From: an uncultured Planctomycetia bacterium
GTDB taxonomy: Bacteria; Omnitrophota; Gorgyraeia; Duberdicusellales; 4484-171
NCBI GenBank assembly: GCA_964629655.1
Contig: CAZVQU010000001.1
Span: forward strand, 292,056 to 356,055
Direction: 5' to 3'
DNA length: 64,000 nucleotides
Below, in pieces: positions 49,617 to 58,856 of this stretch. Positions within the stretch are counted from its first letter, which is position 1. Every line of letters begins with the position of its first letter. The position numbers and the translations under genes are program-made. Below the pieces are notes generated by a model, which saw only the letters and a list, made by a program, of their open reading frames with translations, did not search any database and was not told where the DNA came from.

Positions 49617-50696
49617 TTATTTGCATTGGGCCTTCTTATGAATTGATTTAAAAGCCGAAATAAAATCTCGCATTTGTTCTGCCGGTCCAGCTGTAATTCT
49701 TATGAGGCCTTTTATAGGCGCTGTGGAAAAAGGCCCGCTAATATAAAATTTTTTCTCTTTTAGCAATTTCACCATTTGTTCTCTATCAACTTCTACGGGC
49801 AACTTTGCAAACAAAAAGTTAGTACAAGTTTGGAAAGTTATAACTCCTAACTCCTCTAACTCTTTCGATAAATACTTTATGCCTTCCTTAACGCCCTGGA
49901 CATAATTATTCATAATTTCTAAATGCTCCAAAAGATACTTACCAAATTTTGCTGAAATACCGGTAATTTCATGAGTAAGCTTGGCTTTATACAATTGGCT
50001 AATCTTATCTTTATTACTTATCAAGTACCCTATCCTTAAAGCTGCGACTCCGAACGCTTTGGAAAAAGTTCGCACAATAATCAAGTTGTCAAATTCATTA
50101 ATATACGGCAACATCGTTTCTTCATGAAAATGGTAATAAGCCTCATCAATAATAACTAAAGCCTGATTATCTTTTGCAACTTTAAGTATCTGAAGGAGTT
50201 CTGACTCAGGTAAAGCAGTACCCGTATGATTAGGATTTGCGATAACCACTAATTTTGTCTTATGACCAATAGCATTAAGCACGCTCTCTAAAGGTAACGA
50301 AAAATCTTCGCCGTAAAATACTTCTTTGATTACCCCTCCAAACATAGCGCAATATACTGAATACATCGCGTATGTTGGGGGAAAAACCAACACTTCGTCT
50401 CCCTGCTCCAGATAAACTTCATATATAGCCCTTATGCCTGTATCTGAACCGCTGGTTAAGAGTACTTGATTTCTATCTACATTCATCCATCCGGAAAGCT
50501 TTTCGTAAAACGGCTCCAACTCCGGATAAGCAACAACCTCTTCGGGACTTATACTTTGCCATATTTTTTTCAAATGTTCCTCGGGAAAAGAAACAGTCCG
50601 CTCATTCCTATCTAGCCTAACTACTCTTCCGATTCTATTCACAGAAACAGGCGCTGTCCTAAATAAACGTTTCATATTTTCTTTTGGCTCAATCAT
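49617..50696 (-). CDS. HisC-like class I/II PLP aminotransferase
   Basis: LDRNE, GSD, IANPN, IDEAY and RTFSKAFG..LRIG motifs. Confidence 0.88.
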   Translation of the reverse strand: MIEPKENMKRLFRTAPVSVNRIGRVVRLDRNERTVSFPEEHLKKIWQSISPEEVVAYPELEPFYEKLSGWMNVDRNQVLLTSGSDTGIRAIYEVYLEQGDEVLVFPPTYAMYSVYCAMFGGVIKEVFYGEDFSLPLESVLNAIGHKTKLVVIANPNHTGTALPESELLQILKVAKDNQALVIIDEAYYHFHEETMLPYINEFDNLIIVRTFSKAFGVAALRIGYLISNKDKISQLYKAKLTHEITGISAKFGKYLLEHLEIMNNYVQGVKEGIKYLSKELEELGVITFQTCTNFLFAKLPVEVDREQMVKLLKEKKFYISGPFSTAPIKGLIRITAGPAEQMRDFISAFKSIHKKAQCK

Positions 50697-50709
50697 AGTT
50701 TAAACCTTC

Positions 50710-51408
50710 TTATTGGCCTCTCATAAAAATCTCTGCCAACTTAAAGTCACCCTCGCTATCAATATCAACCGAACGCCCCTCAGGCATAATATAGGCAAAA
50801 GTTCCCTGTCCGTGGAAGCTTTTTCTTTCTAATATGTAATTGCAAAAAGCCACATATATCGCGCCGTTTAACGCGTAAAAATCAGGAACTTGCTGCCTGT
50901 TATTATTAACCGCCTCCTTCCGTATAAAATCTCTCATGCATCCATCATCCGGCAAAGTATTTACCCAATAGGGATGGTGAGTTACCTTAGATACAGAAAT
51001 AACTGCACGAGCATTTTTTAAAAATAGCAGCTTTATTGCCTTATCAATATCTTCCGGCGCCCTCAATGGAGAAGTAGGCTGAAGTAGGATTAATAAATCG
51101 TAAAGCTCACCGATATTTCTAAACCAGTTAATCGCGTGCAGCACCACATCTATCCCTTGAACCTCATCAGTAGCTAATTCCTTTGGTCTTAAAAAAGGGG
51201 TTTCCGCGCCATATTTTGCTGAAATTTCTGTAATTTCCTCACTATCGGTAGAAACAATAACTCTATCCAGATATTTACTTTTTTTCGCTTCTTCTATGGT
51301 CCATGCAATTAACGGCTTCCCCAATAACGGCCTTACATTCTTATAAGGCAACCTCTTACTTCCGCCGCGTGCGGGAATCAAAGCTAAAATTTTTTTATTT
51401 TTATACAT
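50710..51408 (-). CDS. neuA: CMP-nonulosonate synthetase (NeuA/LegF-like)
   Basis: IPARGGSKRLPYKN, LLQPTSPLR, NGAIY and SVDID motifs. Confidence 0.9.
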   Translation of the reverse strand: MYKNKKILALIPARGGSKRLPYKNVRPLLGKPLIAWTIEEAKKSKYLDRVIVSTDSEEITEISAKYGAETPFLRPKELATDEVQGIDVVLHAINWFRNIGELYDLLILLQPTSPLRAPEDIDKAIKLLFLKNARAVISVSKVTHHPYWVNTLPDDGCMRDFIRKEAVNNNRQQVPDFYALNGAIYVAFCNYILERKSFHGQGTFAYIMPEGRSVDIDSEGDFKLAEIFMRGQ

Positions 51409-51420
51409 ACATAGTAAGTT

Positions 51421-52494
51421 TTATAATGACCGAAATTTATCCATTGCTTCCTTGTATTCCTCCCACTGTCCAACATCTATATAAGATTTTTCTGACACAG
51501 GGTACGTTCCAACGCTTTCTCCCCTATCCAAGAGTAGTTGGATTAAATCAGTCATGTCAAAACATCCTTTATCGGGAATAAAATCAAGACATTTTTTAGA
51601 CAATATATATACCCCCGTATTTATGGTGAAATCAAATTCCGGCTTTTCCTGAATTTCTTTCATTCTCCCCTGTTTTTCAAAATGGATAATGCCATAAGGG
51701 ACTCTATAGTGCTGGATAGAGCCAATAATGGTCAGAATATTATTATTTTTACTATGAAAATTCAGCAAATCTCTATAATCTGCATCTACAATAATGTCGC
51801 TGTTAGAAACTATAAAAGTTTCCTTCATGCAAGATGGTAATAATTTTAGACTGCCTGCTGTCCCTAAAAATTCTTTTTCCTGAATATACTCTACCTTATA
51901 ATCCTTCTCTATACCTTCTAAGTAAATCTTGATCATCTCACCCTTGTAATTTAAAGTAATATAAAATGAGTCAACACCATACTGTCTAAATTTATCTATT
52001 ATCATTTTGATAATCGGCTTATCACCCAATGGAATAAGAGATTTGGGAAATATTTTTGTGAAAGGTCCTAACCGCTCGCCCTTGCCGCCAGCCATTATAA
52101 CGACAGGGGTATCAATCTTTTTGTGAAAAAATGTATCCTTTCCAAATATATCTTTCCAAAACAAAACGTCTACGATTCTTCTTCTTTCGTCTAATACGGG
52201 AATAACCTCAATAGTCTTATCCAACATTAATCTTCTCGCATCATCGTTCACATAATCACCCTCTACAACAAAAACTGGATTTTTGTTAAAGCATTTGGCG
52301 ATACTTTCTTTTAAGTCACCGGTTTGTAAAATCCTTCGTCTTATGTCACCGTCAGTAAGTGAACCGGTCAAAAAGTTATCCTCGTCGCAAACAAACAGCG
52401 TTGCCATTCCAGCCTTATCAATTCTCTTTAGAGCTTCTTTTATCGAAGCTTGCGGACTAATTTTTATTTTTGTAATTACATCTTCCATGTTCAC
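51421..52494 (-). CDS. CBS-domain sugar-phosphate nucleotidyltransferase (PtmE-like, GDP route of the Leg pathway)
   Basis: TDGDIRR in a CBS pair; MAGGKGERL..PK and LGTAGSL motifs. Confidence 0.88.
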   Translation of the reverse strand: MNMEDVITKIKISPQASIKEALKRIDKAGMATLFVCDEDNFLTGSLTDGDIRRRILQTGDLKESIAKCFNKNPVFVVEGDYVNDDARRLMLDKTIEVIPVLDERRRIVDVLFWKDIFGKDTFFHKKIDTPVVIMAGGKGERLGPFTKIFPKSLIPLGDKPIIKMIIDKFRQYGVDSFYITLNYKGEMIKIYLEGIEKDYKVEYIQEKEFLGTAGSLKLLPSCMKETFIVSNSDIIVDADYRDLLNFHSKNNNILTIIGSIQHYRVPYGIIHFEKQGRMKEIQEKPEFDFTINTGVYILSKKCLDFIPDKGCFDMTDLIQLLLDRGESVGTYPVSEKSYIDVGQWEEYKEAMDKFRSL

Positions 52495-52495
52495 A

Positions 52496-53617
52496 TTAAT
52501 CCTCTAAGCTTTTATAAATAGGATCTTTTAGCCTCCACTCACCATTAGCATCCTTTTTGAATAAATCACGGTTGTAATGCTTATCGACGATTGCCCAGAA
52601 TTCTTTAGCCGAGTAGCCCAAAAAATTTATAAAATCGTTCACCACTTTTGGGTCAAGATCATGGTCATGTTTTTTCACTAACCGGATACCTTTTTCTCTT
52701 GTAATTAATCCATATCTAATGAATTTAGCTGCATAATCTGTCGCAGTTGCGTGGCCAAACTTTGGGTATTTCAACCATGGATGAACCAAGTAGGCTCGAC
52801 TGTCTACTTGATCAAAATCCTCAATATGATGTGTTCTTCTCCACTCATGGGTTAAACTCTTAAATCCTCTGCTTTTTGCAAAACCATAATTTCCATAGCT
52901 ATTCCATTGCACAAAATAGCTTAAGTATATCGGTTCAATCTTATTAATATCTTGGCTTGAAACATATTTACAGAGTTCCAAGTTATTAATAATGATGTTG
53001 TCATCTATGAGTTCTTCCCAGGGTATATCAGAAGCTACACCGTTAGATATCTGTTCTTTTGCAGAAAAGGTTTCCTCCTGCTGTTCTCCTCCATATTCAT
53101 AGGTAACATTCTCTCCATACACCAGTAAAGGTATAGAAAACTTTACCGCCATATGTATAGGAAAGGTGTAAATTAATCTGTCTATATACCAAGTGGGTTG
53201 CCCATATCTCTCAAACGTTTTTCTCATTATATGTTTTTGGGCTTTTATATTGGGTTTAAGACTTATGATTTCACAATCAAACTCTTCAGAAATATTTCTT
53301 ATATTATGCAGGCCGGCTTTGGTCATAGGAAAATTATCTTCCACAGTAACCAGCAAAGGATTCATACCCATAAGCTCTTTCATCACATGGACTTGAAAAT
53401 GGCTATCTTTCCCCCCACTTACTGCTATTAAACAATCGTGTTTGCCTGAATCTTTTCTTCTATACTTATCACAAATCTTCTCCAGCTCTTTTCGTCTCTT
53501 GCCCCAATCGATATCCTTTCTTCTTCCATATGAACGACAGGGTTGACAAACTCCTTCCTCATCAAAAGTAATCCCCGGTCTTGTATCGGGCATTACGCAT
53601 TTCTTGCAATATTTCAC
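52496..53617 (-). CDS. N-acetyl sugar amidotransferase (WbuX/PseA/PtmG family); GTG start
   Basis: YCKKCVMPDTRP...C..C, PP-loop SGGKDS and LKYPKFG motifs. Confidence 0.9.
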   Translation of the reverse strand: MKYCKKCVMPDTRPGITFDEEGVCQPCRSYGRRKDIDWGKRRKELEKICDKYRRKDSGKHDCLIAVSGGKDSHFQVHVMKELMGMNPLLVTVEDNFPMTKAGLHNIRNISEEFDCEIISLKPNIKAQKHIMRKTFERYGQPTWYIDRLIYTFPIHMAVKFSIPLLVYGENVTYEYGGEQQEETFSAKEQISNGVASDIPWEELIDDNIIINNLELCKYVSSQDINKIEPIYLSYFVQWNSYGNYGFAKSRGFKSLTHEWRRTHHIEDFDQVDSRAYLVHPWLKYPKFGHATATDYAAKFIRYGLITREKGIRLVKKHDHDLDPKVVNDFINFLGYSAKEFWAIVDKHYNRDLFKKDANGEWRLKDPIYKSLED

Positions 53618-53671
53618 AATACTACCTCCTACAGCTTTAGATCCAAGAATCTACACCTAGCATTAGCTAAA

Positions 53672-54829
53672 TTATATATCATAAAATTTTTTCCGTATAA
53701 TATTAGTTATATTGTAGCGTTTAAGAATATTTTTAATTCTGACGGCGGCATTTCCATCACCGTATAGGTTCTTAATGTTTTTAAGCCTTCTCTGAAAATA
53801 TTTAGAGTATATTTTTTTGAAAGCATCGGTAAGTGCGTCTTTCGTAGGCGCACAATCAATTACGCTTTTTGCTTTAATTCTTCCTTTTTGTCTGTCTCCG
53901 ATATTTACTGTGGCAATTTTAAAACTTGGAGCCTCACCAATACCACTTGATGAGTTACCTACAACCGCATCAACAAATTGCATGGTGGACAGATAATTAA
54001 GCTGCCCCATAGAAGTAAAAGCAGTCGCTTTTTGAGGGTTTTTCTTTACATATTCATCGATCAATTGATTAATTTTCCTGCCTCCTGAATCAGCATTTGC
54101 TTTTGTAAAAACTATATTGGTATTTTTTAATCCATTCAGTACATTCAATATTTTCTTAAATTGGGTACCCGATGTATTGTTTTCCAAAGTAACAGGATGA
54201 AAAGTAACCAAAATATTAAATCTATTAAATTTTAAATTCAACCTTTTTTCTAGCTCTTTTTTCGACAAAAAATCCTGATTTTTTATATTATCTAAACTTA
54301 ACGAACCTACACGAAAAACTCGACTGGGATCCTCACCTAGCTGGATAACTCTCCTCCTATACTTCTCTGTAGAAGTAAAATGTAACTGGCTCATTTTAGT
54401 TATGGAGTGGCGAAAGGCATCGTCAATAGCACCTTCAGTCAACTCACCTCCGCAAATATGAGCAATAGGAATTCTTTGTATGTGAGCCGCTACGGCTGCA
54501 CTAAAAATTTCAAATCTATCGCCTAAAATAACCACCATATCCGGCTTTAGTTTTAAGTAGGCTTTAGAGATTCTAACTAGAGCATGAGCCATGGATTTAG
54601 TAATACCTATATTGCTATCTGAACTTAAAACTATACTTACTTTTTTATCGATTTTAAAACCGTCCTGGATAATTTCTTGATATGTTAAGCCAAATTCACT
54701 AGATAAGTGAGTTCCAGTTACAACTAACTGTAATTTTAAACCGCGATCTTCCTTAATCTCTTTAATCAATGGCCGCAAAATCCCATATTCAGCCCGAGAA
54801 CCTGTGACTACACAAATCTTCCTACTCAT
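53672..54829 (-). CDS. neuC: Hydrolysing NDP-sugar 2-epimerase (NeuC/LegG)
   Basis: TGSRAEYG, LGDRFE, GGE, RHSITK, TFHPVT and GNSSSG motifs. Confidence 0.92.
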   Translation of the reverse strand: MSRKICVVTGSRAEYGILRPLIKEIKEDRGLKLQLVVTGTHLSSEFGLTYQEIIQDGFKIDKKVSIVLSSDSNIGITKSMAHALVRISKAYLKLKPDMVVILGDRFEIFSAAVAAHIQRIPIAHICGGELTEGAIDDAFRHSITKMSQLHFTSTEKYRRRVIQLGEDPSRVFRVGSLSLDNIKNQDFLSKKELEKRLNLKFNRFNILVTFHPVTLENNTSGTQFKKILNVLNGLKNTNIVFTKANADSGGRKINQLIDEYVKKNPQKATAFTSMGQLNYLSTMQFVDAVVGNSSSGIGEAPSFKIATVNIGDRQKGRIKAKSVIDCAPTKDALTDAFKKIYSKYFQRRLKNIKNLYGDGNAAVRIKNILKRYNITNIIRKKFYDI

Positions 54830-55830
54830 AGTTCTATTGGTTGATCCACCAAGAAATCTTTCTTGGCAGTTTTTCCTATTACCTTATCCCACTCCATGGG
54901 ATTTATACCTTTTCCCGGCCTTTTTGTAATAATGTTTTCTTCGGTGAAAATATCTCCTTCTTTTATATTTTTTGCTGCTATTATACTTTTTCTGACTATA
55001 GGCCTATTTTTAAGCTCTGAGGGCGAAGTTTCTTTTACCCCATCACCTAGCGCCATTTCAACGTTTCGTATACCCACTATCATAGTCTTCAATTCATCGG
55101 GTTCTAATGATATTTTATGGTCGGGTCCTTCCATGTTTCTATCCAGTGTAAAATGTTTTTCTATAACTCTTGCACCTAAAGCCACGGCAGCAATAGGCAT
55201 TTCTATACCAAGAGTATGGTCAGAATACCCCACAGCCACTTTAAAGGTTTCTCCTATTGTAACCATTGCTCTTAAATTTACATCTTTACAGGGAGTTGGA
55301 TATTCTGTGTTGCACTGTAAAATAGTTATTTTTGCCTTTTCAGTTCCTGCTTTTATTAAAATATCTAATGCATTCTCTATCTCTTTCAAATCTGCCATGC
55401 CCGTCGACATTATGATTTCTTTCCCCAAACTTCCGACCTTTCTTAAAAGGGGAAGATTGGTTATTTCTCCTGATGGAACTTTAAAAATCTTAAGCCCGAG
55501 TCCGTTAAGCATGTCTACACTTTCCAGATCAAATGGGGAAGACAAAAATATAATACCTTTTTTCTCACAGTAGTTGAAAAGTTCTTCGTGAACTTGAGCA
55601 GTTAATTCCAACTTTTTTACCATCTCTAGCTGGGACTCCTCCCTATTGGTCGTCATTTGCTGATACTCAGCTTTTGGCGCGTATCTACTTATAGCCTTTC
55701 CGCTTTTAAACGACTGAAACTTTATAGCATCTGCCTTGGCTTCCAAGGCAACATCAACCATTTTTTTCGCTATTTCGGCATTGCCATTATGACTGATGCC
55801 TGCCTCCGCTATAATAAAAACTTTTTTCAT
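54826..55830 (-). CDS. neuB: Nonulosonic acid synthase (NeuB/LegI) with SAF domain
   Basis: FIIAEAG..HNG, KVPSGEITN, QCNTEYP, GYSDHT, IEKHFTLD and KRPGKG motifs. Confidence 0.95.
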   Translation of the reverse strand: MKKVFIIAEAGISHNGNAEIAKKMVDVALEAKADAIKFQSFKSGKAISRYAPKAEYQQMTTNREESQLEMVKKLELTAQVHEELFNYCEKKGIIFLSSPFDLESVDMLNGLGLKIFKVPSGEITNLPLLRKVGSLGKEIIMSTGMADLKEIENALDILIKAGTEKAKITILQCNTEYPTPCKDVNLRAMVTIGETFKVAVGYSDHTLGIEMPIAAVALGARVIEKHFTLDRNMEGPDHKISLEPDELKTMIVGIRNVEMALGDGVKETSPSELKNRPIVRKSIIAAKNIKEGDIFTEENIITKRPGKGINPMEWDKVIGKTAKKDFLVDQPIEL

Positions 55831-55875
55831 TTTGAGTTACCTATAAAGTGCGTTAAACGTACAAGTTTAGCCCTT

Positions 55876-56015
55876 TCATTCTATAACTATGCAGGATTGA
55901 GCCGAACTGTAGGGACTTGGAATCGGGCAATTTTCAAACAGTTTGAAAAATTTTTCCTAAGATCTACCTCCTTTCCTGAAGCGTAAGATTTAGTCTGGAT
56001 ATTTTGCCCCCTCAT
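55876..56015 (-). pseudogene. Probable frameshifted 5' remnant of a lost gene (possibly a TylF/MycF-like methyltransferase)
   Basis: AGGAG RBS 8 nt before the ATG at 56015. It reads MRGQNIQTKSYASGKEVDLRK; adding one base in the A5T5 run gives KFFKLFENCPIP. The family link is from memory of similar N-termini. Confidence 0.35.
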
Positions 56016-56085
56016 ATTCCATTCTCCTTTTCTGCATACTAAATTACCTTATACTTACCCATTGAAAAAGCTCCAACATTTATTC

Positions 56086-56736
56086 CTAAAATATTGTCAT
56101 AGACTTGTTCTTAATGTCGGGGAAAAAGAAAGAACGATTAGCTATATTTTGATCAACAGTACCCCCTGCTTTTATCTTGTTTTCAGAACCAATGCTCATA
56201 TTAGGCAAAATATTGCTTGAGGTTCCAAAAAAGTTATTATTATCTATTCTCGCATGGCCGGCAACTCGCACATTGGGAGAAAAAACGTTATTACTGCCAA
56301 TACTGCAACCATGAGCTACGGTAGTGTGGTAGTTTAATATATTGAAATCGCCTATGCTTACATTAGGTCCCACTATACAGTAAGGAGCTATTATATTCCC
56401 CAACCCAATATTTGTATTTGCACCTACTAAGACAGTATGATGTATAAGGTTAATGAACTCTGCGTTTTTTTTATTTAAAATATCTATAACCTTATTTCTT
56501 ATTTCTTGAATTCCGATAGCTATTATTACGTAGTCGTTCGGACCCAGTGTATATGTCCTTTCATCTCCAAGCAAAGGTTTCTCGAACTTATATTTTTTAA
56601 AATCCTTACTGCTGATGCTTAAATATCCTTTAATTTGATACTGATACAAGCTAAGATTATGCTGTCGATTATTATTTATATATTCTGTTACTTCAGCAGC
56701 TAATCCCCCAGTTCCAACGATAATAATATCTTTCAA
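56086..56736 (-). CDS. NeuD/PglD-like hexapeptide-repeat sugar N-acyltransferase; TTG start
   Basis: IIVGTGGLAAEV, AIG...R, left-handed beta-helix repeats and VAHG; GGAGG RBS upstream. Confidence 0.85.
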   Translation of the reverse strand: MKDIIIVGTGGLAAEVTEYINNNRQHNLSLYQYQIKGYLSISSKDFKKYKFEKPLLGDERTYTLGPNDYVIIAIGIQEIRNKVIDILNKKNAEFINLIHHTVLVGANTNIGLGNIIAPYCIVGPNVSIGDFNILNYHTTVAHGCSIGSNNVFSPNVRVAGHARIDNNNFFGTSSNILPNMSIGSENKIKAGGTVDQNIANRSFFFPDIKNKSMTIF

Positions 56737-56840
56737 CCTCTTCCTCCTTAATATTTAATCGTATAGTAAAAGCCTGACCCCAAACACTAACTTAGCTATT
56801 ATCAATCCTCAAATATTTCCTTTAATTCAATAGAAAATAA

Positions 56841-57548
56841 TTATAACATAACTCCGCCAAGATATACCGTCTGACCGGTAATAAAGCTACTTTCGTCCTT
56901 AATAAAAAAATCGATAACGTTTGCAATGTCTATATACTTTCCTGTCCTCTTTATTGCTTGAAGGTTAATAACTTTCTCGATCGCCTCCTTTGGGAATATT
57001 TGCAACATATCCGTACCAATTACGGCTGGACCGATAGCATTGCAGGTAATATCAAAAGGAGCAAATTCTTTAGCAAAAATCTGGGTTAACTTATCAATAG
57101 CGGCTTTCGAAGCAGCGTATGCAGATTCTCCTTCAAGTTTTAACGGCACCGCCCCCGAAGTAAAATTAACTATCCGTCCATATTTTCGCTTAGACATAAT
57201 TTTTGCAGCCTCTCTGCAAAAAAGGAATGTTCCAAAAGTATTGGTCTTGAAAACTTCCTCAATTGTGGAATAAGGAGTCAGTATGCTATGATTAAAAGAA
57301 GCTGTACCCGCGTTATTGATTAAGATGTCAAGCCTACGATATTTCCGCCTAATATCGTTGAACATCGTCACTACCTCTTTCTCATTCTTGATGTCTAAGC
57401 AAAAATGTCTATAGCAGTCGGATTCTATATTGCTCTCATGCCTGCTGCAACCTATTATCATATATCCACGTTCAAGATAGTGTTCCACAAGGTATCTTCC
57501 AATCCCTCTGCTGGTACCAGTAACAAGCATTATCTTTTTTTCTTTCAT
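56841..57548 (-). CDS. SDR oxidoreductase (FabG-like 3-oxoacyl-ACP reductase)
   Basis: TGTSRGIG, NNAG, YAASK and FITGQ motifs. Confidence 0.85.
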   Translation of the reverse strand: MKEKKIMLVTGTSRGIGRYLVEHYLERGYMIIGCSRHESNIESDCYRHFCLDIKNEKEVVTMFNDIRRKYRRLDILINNAGTASFNHSILTPYSTIEEVFKTNTFGTFLFCREAAKIMSKRKYGRIVNFTSGAVPLKLEGESAYAASKAAIDKLTQIFAKEFAPFDITCNAIGPAVIGTDMLQIFPKEAIEKVINLQAIKRTGKYIDIANVIDFFIKDESSFITGQTVYLGGVML

Positions 57549-57841
57549 TTTTTTGCCTTTTCTAATAGGACCATAATATAATCTACGAACGAACCAACGC
57601 TTCTAAAAGGGCTATCCTTATATGAAAAAACTTTTTCATCGGCAATAGCAGTGTTTACCAAAAATTCATCTGCAATCTTCTGCTCTACGTCAGTAATAAA
57701 TGTGACAAAGGCCATTGAATCAAAAATTCCTTGGCTACCAAACAATTCCATCTTTTCTGAAATGTCTTCATTTTGATTACTCTGCAATGCAGACACCTCT
57801 CTAATGCTTTCAAAAATTATCTCCTTTATTTTTTTACGCAT
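57545..57841 (-). CDS. Acyl carrier protein
   Basis: 98 aa, acidic; LFG..GIFDSMAFV with a phosphopantetheine-type Ser; lies between FabH and the SDR. Confidence 0.8.
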   Translation of the reverse strand: MRKKIKEIIFESIREVSALQSNQNEDISEKMELFGSQGIFDSMAFVTFITDVEQKIADEFLVNTAIADEKVFSYKDSPFRSVGSFVDYIMVLLEKAKK

Positions 57842-57872
57842 ATTTTACTCTCTTGCTCAAACGTCTCTTCTT

Positions 57873-58856
57873 TTATAATCGAATTAACGTCGTCCCCCAT
57901 GATAATCCACCACCAAAAACAACTAACATAATTAAATCATTACTCGCTGCTTTTTTACTCTTAATTAGCTCGTCTAGCCCTATTAATGTTGATGCCGCTG
58001 CAGTATTTCCATACTTGTCAACGTTTACAACAAACTTATCATAATCAAAGTCTAACCGTGCAGACAACTCTTTAATGATGTTTATATTTGCCTGATGGGG
58101 AATTATAAATTTAATTTGTTCTTTTCTGATTCCCGTTACCGTTAAAATTTCGTTGACAACCTCTACCCCTTTATTAATAGCAAATTCATACACCTGTTTC
58201 CCATACATCCTAAAATAAAAATCATTATGATTCTTGATCCGATAACCGGGCAACATCGTTCCTCCACCCGGAACCTGTATTGTATCAGCGCCCGAACCAT
58301 CGCTATGTAATATAGAATGAATTATTCCGGAATCCATACCACTTGCGGCTGATAAAAGAACTGCACCTGCACCATCGCCAAAGTAAGGATAGGTAGAAAA
58401 ATCTTTTGGGTTTAAATAGCGGGAATATATTTCTGCTCCTACTACTAATACATTTTTGCAAAAGCCTGCCCTAATCATTGAGTCAGCGCCATATAATGCA
58501 AAAATTCCGCCACTACATACGGAGTTAATGTCAAAAGCAAAAGCATTAATTGCCCCTATTAAATGCTGGACTCGAGTTGCAGTTGCAGGCTGTATTCTAT
58601 CTGGAGAGGAAGTTGCAAGAATAATTGCCTCAATTTCACAAGGTTTGATAGGAGCCTTCTCGAGACAGCTTTTTGCTGCCAGAAACGCCAAATCGGATGT
58701 AGATTGATTTTCTTCTGCAAACCTACGAACTTTCACCCCTGTTTTTTGTTCAATTAAAGGAATGCTTATTTTAGGAAAGTTAGTGAGTTCATCGTTTGCA
58801 ACGACATTTTCTGGGACATAACTTCCAGTTGATACAATCTTTGATCTAATTGACAT
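57873..58856 (-). CDS. fabH: Beta-ketoacyl-ACP synthase III
   Basis: Catalytic triad SVCSG, PHQAN and GNTAAAS; FGDGAGA and FGGGLSWG motifs. Confidence 0.92.
   Translation of the reverse strand: MSIRSKIVSTGSYVPENVVANDELTNFPKISIPLIEQKTGVKVRRFAEENQSTSDLAFLAAKSCLEKAPIKPCEIEAIILATSSPDRIQPATATRVQHLIGAINAFAFDINSVCSGGIFALYGADSMIRAGFCKNVLVVGAEIYSRYLNPKDFSTYPYFGDGAGAVLLSAASGMDSGIIHSILHSDGSGADTIQVPGGGTMLPGYRIKNHNDFYFRMYGKQVYEFAINKGVEVVNEILTVTGIRKEQIKFIIPHQANINIIKELSARLDFDYDKFVVNVDKYGNTAAASTLIGLDELIKSKKAASNDLIMLVVFGGGLSWGTTLIRL

Noticed and set aside
54863-55573. 236-aa plus-strand ORF
   Set aside because: It lies wholly antisense to the conserved neuB gene and has no motifs; it is a shadow ORF.
56841-58856. 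Housekeeping fatty-acid synthesis operon or PKS cluster
   Set aside because: There is no plsX, fabD or fabF and no modular KS, the ACP is divergent, and the block sits inside the Leg pathway.
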